Assembly: GCA_024635485.1 (NCBI GenBank)
Contig: JAGXIV010000036.1
Location: 18,663 to 82,662, forward strand
DNA: 64,000 bases
Direction of reading: 5' to 3'
Origin: a bacterium
GTDB taxonomy: Bacteria; Patescibacteriota; Gracilibacteria; BD1-5; UBA6164
The notes below the pieces were generated by a model. That model was not told where the DNA came from and searched no databases. It saw nothing but the letters and a program-made list of their open reading frames with translations. The position numbers were made by a program, and so were the translations under genes. Positions 45,179-54,620 of this stretch are shown piece by piece; position 1 is the first letter of the stretch, and each line of letters begins with the position of its first letter.

Positions 45179-46027
45179 ATGAAGTTAGACGGAAAGCTTC
45201 TAGCAGCTAAAATATACGATTCACTTAAAACTGAAATTTCGAAAGAGGAACAAAAACCATGTCTTTGAGCTATTTTGATTGGGGATTCTAATTCTCCAAG
45301 TCTGAGATATATAAAGCAAAAAAGAAAATTTGCAGAGTCTATTTGAATGAATTTTCAACTTTTTCAATATCCAGAAACAATTTCAGAAACACAACTCATC
45401 TGAGAAATTCAAAAAGTAAATACAGACAAAAGTATTTCATGATATATTGTACAACTCCCTCTCCCTCCTCATATACAAACTCATAACATTATTCGAGCTA
45501 TTGATCCAGAGAAAGATATAGATTGATTTCATCCAGAAAATCAAGGAAAAGTCATGATATGAGATAATTCAGGATTTATTCCATGTACACCAAAATGAAT
45601 TTTGAAACTTTTAGAGGAATATAATATAACTCTGGCTTGAAAAAAAATAGTTATCATAGGGAGAAGCAACATCGTTTGAAAACCTATGACACTCCTGTGT
45701 ATAAATGCCGGAGCTACTGTTATAAGCTGTAACTCTCAAACTCCAGATATAAGAGAGTATACAAAAAATGCAGACATAGTAATCCTGGCAACCGGTCAGG
45801 CAGCTATCTTATGAGCTGATATGATTGGTCAGCATACAGTAGTTATAGATGTATGATTTTCACTTATTGGAGGACAAATAGTATGAGATGCTCGTTATCA
45901 AGAGATTTTAGAACAAGGAAACTCCATCACACCAGTTCCAGGGTGAGTAGGACCTATGACCGTAGCGATGCTTCTCACACAGTGTTATGATGCTTTTAAA
46001 AAACAAACATGAAAAACGAAAACATAA
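45179..46027 (+). CDS. folD: Bifunctional methylenetetrahydrofolate dehydrogenase/cyclohydrolase FolD (282 aa)
   Basis: ATG 45179. Motifs S-G-YIVQLPLP, D-G-FHP, IGRSNIV-G-KP and PVPG-G-VGPMT, with the TGA at 45944-45946. TAA 46025-46027. Confidence 0.9.
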
Positions 46028-46251
46028 AAATACTCATTTCTAGTTTTCTCGTGCTTTTTGCATTTTTTCTGTGATATCTCTTTGCTCTCAGGCAACTACA
46101 AATCCAAGAAAAGACTCTGAGCGAAACTCATATGTATGTTGATATATCTACCTCAAAATCTAGTATCGTGATTAAGCAGGCACCAGAAAATATTATCTTT
46201 CGAGTGAATGGAGAAATCATGCAAAGTGGGAGTATAAATTTGAAAGACTAG
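46009..46251 (+). CDS. Small membrane-anchored hypothetical protein (80 aa)
   Basis: ATG 46009 overlaps the folD end by 19 nt. TM helix ILISSFLVLFAFFL-G-YLFAL. TAG 46249-46251. Confidence 0.35.
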
Positions 46252-46327
46252 AAAAAGAGAAAAAAGATATAAAAAATTTTGACAGAGTACATAATTTTTA
46301 TACAATACCCAAGCTTTTAATAGTTAT

Positions 46328-46404
46328 GCGGGTGTAGCTCAATTGGCTAGAGCATCTGCCTTCCAAGCAGAGGGTTGTGAGTTCGAGTCTCATCACCCGC
46401 TCCA
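46328..46404 (+). tRNA. tRNA-Gly (anticodon UCC)
   Basis: 77-nt cloverleaf: acceptor gcgggtg/cacccgc, D arm gctc-aattggcta-gagc, anticodon arm tctgc-cTTCCAa-gcaga, T arm gtgag-ttcgagt-ctcat, and an encoded CCA. Confidence 0.85.
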
Positions 46405-46492
46405 TTATTAAAAACACCAAAAACTTAGGATTTAGGATTGAAAGATGCCAAACATCTAAAATAAATTCTATACCCTAAGTTTTTTATTATAC

Positions 46493-46569
46493 GGGTGTAT
46501 AGCTCAGCTGGTTAGAGCGCACGACTGATAATCGTGAGGTCGATAGTTCAAATCTATCTATACCCACCA
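46493..46569 (+). tRNA. tRNA-Ile (anticodon GAU)
   Basis: 77-nt cloverleaf: acceptor gggtgta/tataccc, anticodon arm cacga-cTGATAa-tcgtg, T arm gatag-ttcaaat-ctatc, and an encoded CCA. Confidence 0.85.
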
Positions 46570-46596
46570 TAAAATAAACAAAGGGATTTATAGCCT

Positions 46597-46673
46597 CGGG
46601 AACTGGCGCAATTGGCTAGCGCACACGCTTTGGGAGCGTGGGGTTGTGAGTTCGAGTCTCGCGTTCCCGACCA
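46597..46673 (+). tRNA. tRNA-Pro (anticodon UGG)
   Basis: 77-nt cloverleaf: acceptor cgggaac/gttcccg, anticodon arm cacgc-tTTGGGa-gcgtg, T arm gtgag-ttcgagt-ctcgc, and an encoded CCA. Confidence 0.85.
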
Positions 46674-46685
46674 TTAAAACTTTTG

Positions 46686-46717
46686 AAAAAAACACTTCAT
46701 ATTTGAAGTGTTTTTTT
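46686..46717. terminator. Terminator hairpin after the tRNA cluster
   Basis: aaaaacacttca-tatt-tgaagtgttttt. Confidence 0.7.
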
Positions 46718-46727
46718 GAGTTTATTT

Positions 46728-47507
46728 TTATTTATCAGTTTCTTGTGCTTTTCTAATTTGAGGAAGCAAGAGTGATTTTGGAATAAATGGAATAAAGTAC
46801 ATGAGTATTTTTCCGGCAATTCACACTCATGCAAGTACATTTCTTTTTCCATCCATCATAGCTTGATATCAGATTTCTGCAACTTCTTTTGAACTTGCAG
46901 TATTTTGAAACATTTTTGTTTTATCCATACCAGAACGACTTCAAAAACCTGTATCTGTAGCTCAAGGTAGTAGAGCAGTTACTGTAACATTTTTGTCATA
47001 TAGCTCTTCATTTATGGCATTTGAAAATGAGGTTACAAATGCTTTGCTTGCAAAATATACTGCTTGATTCGGTCCTGGAAGTAAACTTGCTGTTGAGGAA
47101 GTATTCAATATTTTTCACGAATTTCTTGCTACGAAATCTGGAAGAAATAATCTCGTTAATTCTGTAAGGGCTAAAATATTTAGCAAAATCATGTTCTTAT
47201 CTTTTTCCCATTCTCTCTCATAAAACTTCCCAACTCAACCAAATCATGCATTATTCATGAGGTATTCTATTTCAATACCCTCTGATTTTACTCGCTCATA
47301 TATTTCTTGGCTTGCATGACTCTCAGTAAGGTCATAGGCTAATATTAATACTGAAACAGAGTACTTCTCTTCGATATCTTTCTTCACAGCTTTTAAAGCT
47401 TCTTTATTTCTTGCGATTAAAACAAGATTTCACTCTTTTTCAGCATGAATATAGGCCAAATCTTTCCCAATTCAACTCGAAGCCCCTGTTATTAAAGCTG
47501 TTCACAT
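46728..47507 (-). CDS. Short-chain dehydrogenase/reductase (259 aa)
   Basis: ATG 47507, and the second codon is TGA. Motifs TGASS-G-IG, NNA-G-F-G and YFASK. TAA 46728-46730. Confidence 0.8.
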
Positions 47508-47586
47508 ACTTTTTTATACTTAGTAAATAAGCTTAGAAAAAAGACATACTTACGTATATCTTCTTTCTAAGTAATGATTTATACAA

Positions 47587-48222
47587 CTATGCAGAAGGCA
47601 TAAGTACTGAATCAATTACAAATGTAACTCCATTAGAAGAGATAACATCAGCAGTTTGTATTTCAACTCCATTTACATACCATACATTATCTACATAGGT
47701 AATTTCAAGATCTTCACCTTCGACAGTAGTAAGAATCATTCCATCTTCTAAATCAGCAGAAGTATAAGCACCAGGAACTACGTGATATGTAAGAATCTTT
47801 GTAAGTTGATCTTTATTTTCTGGCATAAGTAGTGTATCTACTGTCCCAGCTGGAAGTGCATCAAATGCATCGTTTGTAGGAGCAAATACAGTAAATGGAC
47901 CTTCACTCTTGAGGGTGTCAACTAATCATGCAGCTTGTACTGCAGCTACGAGAGTAGTTACATTATCTGCGTTCATAGCGTTATCAACAATATCCAATGA
48001 TGGAACCATCATAGCTCCTCCAACCATTACACCTTCTTCGTTCATATTTTGATCTTCCATTCCCATGTCTGTATTCATGTCTTCGTTCATATTAGAACCA
48101 TCCATGGTTTCAGACATATCTGTATTCATGTCAGTAGTAGTATTCATATCTGAAGTATCATTACTTGAACAAGAAGCAAGAATAACAGCTGAAAGAATTA
48201 AGAGTCCTAGAATATTTTTCAT
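47587..48222 (-). CDS. Fasciclin (FAS1) domain lipoprotein with a Met/Asp/Asn-rich linker (211 aa)
   Basis: Track ORFs 47926-48222 (lipobox ILAS-C-SS, DMNT-type low complexity) and 47587-47826 are in frame. Motifs FTVFAPTNDAF and YHVVPG. TAG 47587-47589. Confidence 0.75.
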
Positions 48223-48317
48223 AATTTTTAATTATGTAAGTAAATAGAAAGTTGTATATAAATTCACTTTCACGAAGCTAACTATATAGATGAATTGTAT
48301 GAGCGATGTATGCAATA

Positions 48318-49772
48318 TTATTTTAAATCTAGATATTGATCTATACGTATCTGCCAAACGAATTCATCTACATGGGATACAAGTATCATCCCCCCTTCAA
48401 AAGCATCTAAAGCCTTTGCTATAACCGGTATATGTCGGAAGTTAATATGATTTGTTGGTTCATCAAGAATTAGAATTCCTGGTTTCAGAAACACGAGTCT
48501 ACAAAATGCTACAAGTCCTTTTTGTCCTTCTGAAAGATTTCAAATTTCAGTTTTCATAATATCTCATGTAATAAGAAATCATGCTGCTTTAGGGCGCATA
48601 TCCTGCTCTGTCATTTCCTGCGCAGCCTCTCTGAGACAATCATACACCGTTTGATTGAAATCAAGATTTGAAAAATCCTGACGATAGTATCCTATTCTTA
48701 CTCATGCAGCAAGCTCTACTCCGTCTTCTGCCCCTGAGACTATTTTTTCTAAAAGTGTTGATTTTCCAATTCCATTTGGACCTGCAAGAAGCAGATGGTC
48801 ATCTTTTCTCAGTTCAACATTTTCTTCACGTACTACTACTTCATCATTTTCTATAATATGAACTGAATTTATTTTTAGAAGCACTCATCCAATGTCTTCT
48901 TGAAGAGGAATTTTGAAATCCTTTATAGCTTTATCTTCTTTTCTATTATCTACCATTTCATCTTCCATCTCTTCGGCAGCTTCTTTCATTTTTTTTGCAA
49001 CAGCTCTTAACTTTCAACCTTTATGAGCAAAGACATTTGCCTGGTCTTTTTTTGCTTGGGCTTCTTTTTGAAGTCGAGCATTGGCCATATTATCTTTTTC
49101 TATTTTTCTTTTTATTTGTTCCACTACATCGTGGTAATCTCCAACATATTGTTCAACTCGCTTCGTATGAACATCAAGATAGAGTACTCAATCAGTAAAA
49201 CTATTGAGAAACTCTGCATCATGAGAAATAACTAAAACTGTTTTTTTGTATTCTTGCAGAAATGTAGTGAGATGCCAAATACCTTCTGAATCTAAGTTAT
49301 TAGTTGGTTCATCGAGCAATAAAATATCTGGATTTTGAATAAGCGCTGCAGCTAGTAAAAGTCTTGCCTGTTGTCATCCTGAAAAAGCTGAAATCTTTTT
49401 ATCGAGTTGAGCTTTGAGATTCACTACTTGTAAGGTTTCTCCAATTTGTTTATCTATATTAAAAACACTTTCATCGTTATAATATTTTCTAAAAAACTCT
49501 TGTACTGTCAGTTCTTTATCTTCAGGTAAAACTACTTGATATCCAGTAGCAATCGTAACATCTTTACCAGTATTAATAACTCATGTTTTTTTATCAAGTG
49601 AACCGTTGATAAGTTTAAATATGGTAGATTTCCCTGCCCCATTTTGTCCCATAATAGTTATCTTTGCTCCCTTTCGAACATTGAAGCTCACTTCTTCTAA
49701 AATAGGTTTTCGGAAATCATAGTGAAAATCAACATCCTTAAAGCTGATTACTGTTTCATTATTTACTGCCAT
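48318..49772 (-). CDS. ABC-F family ATPase with two ABC domains and no membrane domain (484 aa)
   Basis: ATG 49772. Walker A GQNGAGKST and GPNGIGKST. Signature motifs FSG-G-QQ and LSEGQK. Track ORFs 49581-49784 and 48702-48884 are in frame. I translated the 3' end to TAA 48318-48320. Confidence 0.8.
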
Positions 49773-49874
49773 AATATCGCACAATTAACATATAAAATCA
49801 GCCCTATTATAGTGAAATACATAAAAAAGAAAGCCTTTTACAAGCTTTATTTTTTTCTAGAATATTTGATGAAA

Positions 49875-50000
49875 TTATTTATTTTGAACTTCAATAGTCG
49901 CTGCTTTTTGTTCAATTTTTTGAGTAAAATAATCTGCTATAAAAGCGATGTTTATGGCAATGGATATTCAAAGTAGCATTAATACAAGATATTGTCGCAT
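49875..50000 (-). CDS. Possible small membrane peptide (41 aa)
   Basis: ATG 50000. The peptide is MRQYLVLMLL-G-ISIAINIAFIADYF.., ending at TAA 49875-49877. There is no clear SD sequence. Confidence 0.25.
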
Positions 50001-50022
50001 AATATTGAGAAATTTTAAAAAA

Positions 50023-51846
50023 TTATTCTACCGTCACAGATTTAGCAAGATTTCTTGGTTTATCTACATCTCTTTCTAGGGCTTCAGCAAGATACAGTGC
50101 AAAGAGATAACTTGAAACAAGACCTGTAAATACTGAAAGTAGTTCAGAGGTTTCCGGAAGTTCAATGGTGTCAGTATAGAGCTCTTTATGTGTATCATTT
50201 GAAGAAATAAACCCTAGTATAGGACCTTTTCGTGCTGAGACTTCTTGGATATTAGAAATAGTTTTTGCGTAAAACTTTCCCATAGGATTAAATACAATAG
50301 TTGGAAATGTTTCACTTACTAAAGCAAGAGGACCATGCTTCAGTTCTCCAGCAGAATAGCTCTCTGAATGGATATACGATAATTCTTTGATTTTGAGAGA
50401 AGCTTCGCCTGCTACAGGATAGAAATAATTTCGACCGAGTACAAACATATCATTGTATACAGAGTACTTTTTTGCAAGTTTTTTAATGTGTGGCCCCTGC
50501 ATAAGTGCTTGTGATATTTTATCTGGAAGTCTTGAGAGTTCACTAATGATCTCACGAGCATCAGATATCTGTAAATCTTTTTTAAGTCAAAGGCTTATAG
50601 ACATCATAAGTAGAACTCATATTTGAGCAATAACATTTTTAGTACTTGCTACTCCTACTTCTACTCAAGCATGAGAATAAAGTCCAAGATCTGCCATTCG
50701 AGCAATAGTAGAACCAACTACATTTACGATTCAAAAAGTCATACATCTTTTAGCTTTGACAATTTTCATAGACTCACGTACATCAGCCGTTTCTCCAGAT
50801 TGGCTTAGAAATATATAGAGAGTTTTGCTATCTGGGATAAATACGTCAGAAAGAAATTCACTAGAAATGATTGCTGAAGCTTGAATTCATGAAAATTTTC
50901 TAAAAAAGTAATTTCATATTTCTCCAGCATAATAACTTGAACCAGAAGAAATAATACAAATCCTTTCTATATCAAGATCAGAGAGTGCATCAAGTGTTTC
51001 ATTGTGAATAGATTTATTTTTAAAATCAATTCTCCCGGACCATACATTTTCAAGAACCGCAGGAATATCAAAGATTTCTTTTTCTGTATAGCTCGTAAAA
51101 TCTCCAAGCTCATCTATTTTTTGCCCTTCTTGAACGGCCTCAGCATCTCTTTCAACTTTTTTTCAAGACATAAAAATAGAGTAATCACCATTTTCAATAA
51201 CTACCATTTCGTTATCTTCTAGAATACTGAAGCTCTCTGCTAAATTGGAGAGTGCATTTATATCACTTGAAATATAGACTCAGTCGTTACTTTTTCCAAC
51301 AATCAAAGGACTTCAGAGTTTTATACCTACTATTTCTCCTGGATTTTCTGAATCGACTACGGCAAGTGAATAAGCTCCAACAAGTTTTGCTACAACTTTT
51401 TCCATAGTTGACTTGAGATTTCCATCGTAGAGAGATTCTACGAGTTTTGCGACAACCTCCGTATCTGTTTGTGAATAAAAGCTATATTTTTCAGAAAGAG
51501 ATTTTTTTAGTTCCTTGTAGTTTTCTATAATTCCATTATGTACCACATAAAATCTTTCATTTGTGGATATGTGAGGATGAGTGTTTTCTACTGTTACCCC
51601 TCCATGTGTAGCCCATCTTGTATGAGCTATTCAAGTAGTATATTTTATTGAATCTCATTTTTTTTCATCTACTTTACTTGCAAGAGCAGAAACTCTTCCA
51701 ACTGCTTTTTCTAAAAAAATATCACTCTCTTCACTCAGAGCCATGATTCCTGCACTGTCATATCCACGATATTCTAACATTCGAAGTCCATTTACAAGCA
51801 TTTCTCGACAATCTTTTGTTCCTGTATACGCAAAAATTCCACACAT
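50023..51846 (-). CDS. glmS: Glutamine--fructose-6-phosphate aminotransferase GlmS (607 aa)
   Basis: ATG 51846 gives MCGIFAY. Track ORFs 51655-51954, 51313-51546 and 50023-50502 (SIS domain, C-terminal KSVTVE) share one frame. TAA 50023-50025. Confidence 0.9.
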
Positions 51847-51952
51847 AGTTAATTGGTTTATATTATAGAGTTTAGTTCTTGTAGAACGATATTTTTTTCT
51901 TGTAAAATTTTTAATTCCCCCTGAGTAAATCATTGATTTGGATCTCTTTCCC

Positions 51953-51970
51953 AAGATGTTATAACATCTT
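51953..51970. promoter_or_regulatory. Perfect 18-bp palindrome upstream of glmS
   Basis: AAGATGTTA|TAACATCTT, located 107-124 nt upstream of the glmS ATG. Confidence 0.3.
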
Positions 51971-52004
51971 TTGATTTCGTTGACATAATTTTATAAGTAA
52001 AAAA

Positions 52005-52382
52005 TTAAAGTCACTTCAGTATACTTGCAAATTGTTTCTTGGTCAAAGTCAGTATCTCTTCACTGTGGTCTAGACTTGTTATATTAAATTGTCTTGAATT
52101 CCCTATATAAAGCGCAGAACGAGTCTCCAAAAAAACGTGAAAGATTTGATCTTCTATCTGATTATTTTTTAGAAAATCATAAAATTTATGGAGTTGCCCA
52201 TAGTCTATTCAAAACTCTCTTGAAAGAGCTCTCCAAGAGGTTTTTTGTGTCATATATTTTATATATGCTTTTGCAAATATAATAGGAGAATGAACTCGTG
52301 TAATAAATCCGTATTTTTTACATATACGGCTAATTTTATTATAATCTTTTGATTTCAGAAGATGGAAGCGCAAAATCCACAT
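52005..52382 (-). CDS. Small HTH-like hypothetical protein (125 aa)
   Basis: ATG 52382 shares one base with the preceding TAA (TAATG). The sequence SWRALSREF-G-IDYGQLHKFYDFLK looks like an HTH. TAA 52005-52007. Confidence 0.4.
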
Positions 52383-52897
52383 TATTTCTTTTCTAAAACA
52401 TGTATTTTTGCTTGATGTTCAGATCCATAACTTATAGTATTATCCTTATATTCTTGTGGTATAGAAAAAACATAAGAATAGATTTTTGTTCATTTTTTAG
52501 CTTCTAGAAGAAACTTTGGAATAATTTTTTTTTGAAGTTTATCAGGCATTCCAAATACATAAATGGCTTCATACTTTCAAAAATCTTCTTTAAATGCATT
52601 GCCTAATTTAAGCTTCATATTTTTCGGACCAAATAATAATTTTCGAGTGAGAGCCATAAAGTATATAGGAAATGCCATCTCAATACCTACTATAGAATTC
52701 TGAGGATATTTTCTCGCAACTGCTGAAGATATGCGAGCATCTCACGCACCGACCTCTAAAAATTTTTCTTTTGGATTTAATTGTAAAATTTCTAGAACTC
52801 TTTCTATATCCTTCTTTCGAGTTGGGACCCAAGGTGCCATTGAATAGCCTGAAATAGCAAGTGATACAATAACTACAAAAAAAATAATTCAGTACAT
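52382..52897 (-). CDS. Class I SAM-dependent methyltransferase (171 aa)
   Basis: ATG 52897. An N-terminal TM helix is followed by motif I, FLEVGA-G-DARIS. TAA 52382-52384. Confidence 0.6.
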
Positions 52898-52941
52898 ATT
52901 TTTTAAAAAAAATAATAATAGCTCAACTATAAAACAAAAAC

Positions 52942-52975
52942 AAAAATATCCTAGAAAATCTAGGATATTTTTTTT
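52942..52975 (-). terminator. Terminator hairpin
   Basis: aaaatatcctag-aaaat-ctaggatatttt, immediately after the stop of the repeat-protein gene. Confidence 0.7.
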
Positions 52976-53750
52976 AATAAGAATAACAAGAATAACCGTA
53001 TACTAGATCAAAATTCGAGCCATAAACATAATGACCGTTTTGATAGCTATATTGTGAATAGTAACAATAATCTGGATTGTATGGAATATAATCAGCACCA
53101 TATATGTAACGTGGATAGTTATTATACTCGATATTGTAGGGTGATTCTTGATTATAATTATTGTAATTTACAGGAAAGTCATTTCACTGGAAATTGTTAT
53201 AATCTATATTTCTATTTGAACCTTGGAAATTATTATAGTCAATATTATTCTTACTGTTCTGAAAACTTTCATAATCTATATCATCTCTACTTCTTTGGAA
53301 GTTATTATAGTCTATGTCATACTCATTTCACTGGAAATTATTGTAATCTATATTTCTATTTGAACCTTGGAAATTATTATAGTCTATATTATTCTTACTG
53401 TTCTGAAAGCTTTCATAATCTATATTATATCAAGATTTTTTATAATTTTCGTAATCAATATTATATTTAGATTTTTGAAAATCATTATAATCAACTTCAT
53501 ACTCACTTCCCTGGTACGTATTGTAATTAATATTATACTTTGATGTTTGAAAATCGTTATAATCGATGTTATAACCTGCGTTTTTGAAGTTATCGTAGTC
53601 AATGTCATATTTATTTTGACTCGGAAAACTATTGTAGTCAATATTGTACTGAGTCTGAGTCGGAAAGCTATTATAATCTATCACTGCATGAGTCACTAAT
53701 GACTGTGATGATACAGTGATGATACAGAGGATGTAAAATATTTTTTTCAT
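52974..53750 (-). CDS. Secreted Tyr/Asn/Asp-rich tandem-repeat protein (258 aa)
   Basis: Track ORF 53430-53750 (signal peptide MKKIFYILCIITVSSQSLVTHA) continues through 3 TGA. I translated every codone down to TAA 52974-52976. There are about 16 units such as YNIDYNSFPSQNK, YNIDYNDFQTSK and NIDYNNFQGSNR. Confidence 0.6.
53050..53660 (-). repeat. Coding tandem repeat, 36-39-bp period, with a higher-order 144-bp duplication
   Basis: About 98 bp at 53183-53280 recur at 53327-53424 with 4 mismatches by my alignment. The short period corresponds to the 12-13-residue (N/D)IDY(N/E)xF(Q/P) unit. Confidence 0.75.
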
Positions 53751-53755
53751 TCTGT

Positions 53756-54508
53756 CTATTTAATATATATTCTTCCTTCTTTTACTTCAGGAAGATTAGG
53801 ATTTACCCAAGTTGGAGTGGAAGTATAATTCATTGTATGAGTTCCATAACAATTTTGAGTATATTCAGAATCATTAAAACGATAATCAGGATACTGAGAA
53901 TAACTATAACAGATTCGAGGATTAGAATTGTACAAAGTTGTTTGTTTTGCAGAATAAATTCTTTGACCAGAAGTTGAGTAATAATAAGTGTTTACATTAT
54001 TATTACTATAATTTTCTTGTCTTTCTATATCATCTATTATTTGTTGTAATTGTTTTTGTCTTGAAACAATATAACTTTTTTCTTGCTCTAAACTATATTC
54101 ATAATCTCTATAATAGTTTCCTTTCATTTTAGAAATATTAATGAGTTGTACATTAATTTGTGCTTCTTTCTTTCTTAAGAAATTTTTTTCGTCTTTTAAT
54201 CTCTTATAATCAGTATTAAAATTTATTGTATTAGATTTGTAATAATTGTTCGCGAAAGTATTCGTTTGCGTGTAATTCTTATTTCTTATACTATAATCTG
54301 AATAATAATATGGTGATTTTGTATTAATATATCCTCCCGTTTTATTAAGATCATAGCTATAGCTTGGAGTCAAAGTTTCCAGAGTATCTGGATCTAAACG
54401 AGATTGGATATTAGAGTTTCCAGTATTTGTATAATATTCAAAAAGTCCTGCCTGAGCTTGGGTAATACTGATAATAAGGAAAAAAACTATTTGGAGAAAT
54501 ATTTTCAT
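53756..54508 (-). CDS. Secreted Tyr/Asn-rich protein (250 aa)
   Basis: This is an intact track ORF with signal peptide MKIFLQIVFFLIISITQAQA. The flanks are Y/N/S/T-rich around a central coiled-coil-like segment (KRLKDEKNFLRKKEAQINVQLINISK). It has a TAG stop and no TGA codon. Confidence 0.6.
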   Translation of the reverse strand: MKIFLQIVFFLIISITQAQAGLFEYYTNTGNSNIQSRLDPDTLETLTPSYSYDLNKTGGYINTKSPYYYSDYSIRNKNYTQTNTFANNYYKSNTINFNTDYKRLKDEKNFLRKKEAQINVQLINISKMKGNYYRDYEYSLEQEKSYIVSRQKQLQQIIDDIERQENYSNNNVNTYYYSTSGQRIYSAKQTTLYNSNPRICYSYSQYPDYRFNDSEYTQNCYGTHTMNYTSTPTWVNPNLPEVKEGRIYIK

Positions 54509-54620
54509 AGAAGTTATTTATGAATTAATATATCTCTATTATGCTAAAAAATGTTATTTGTCAAATATAATTTAATAATGTCAATGAATGATAAAATACA
54601 ATAATGAGACTCATATAATT

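Noticed and set aside
46328-46404. I considered whether this tRNA-Gly is the UGA-decoding suppressor tRNA.
   Set aside because: Its anticodon loop reads cTTCCAa, so the anticodon is UCC, an ordinary GGA/GGG reader. The expected tRNA-Gly(UCA) is not in this window.
48236-48244. I considered whether the third copy of GTAAGTAAA, upstream of the fasciclin gene, is part of the two-component-system regulon.
   Set aside because: A rough composition-based estimate predicts one or two chance copies of this 9-mer in 64 kb of AT-rich DNA counted on both strands. This copy also has no 11-bp-phased partner.
51847-52004. I looked for a glmS ribozyme upstream of glmS.
   Set aside because: No segment resembles the conserved ribozyme core by eye. 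This needs a covariance-model scan to be certain.
52005-52382. I considered an IS element or transposase call for the HTH-like 125-aa ORF.
   Set aside because: There is no DDE or serine/tyrosine recombinase domain, no terminal inverted repeats and no target duplication. Only a weak resemblance to a transposase HTH remains.
53054-53641. I looked at track ORFs 53054-53470 (+) and 53420-53641 (-) as possible genes.
   Set aside because: They are antisense and out-of-frame readings of the tandem-repeat gene. They lack signal sequences and start contexts, and they are low-complexity artefacts.
52990-53660. I considered whether the regular 36-39-bp periodicity marks a CRISPR array.
   Set aside because: There are no unique spacers between repeats. 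The whole block is one open reading frame on the minus strand and encodes a 12-13-residue peptide repeat. No cas genes are nearby.
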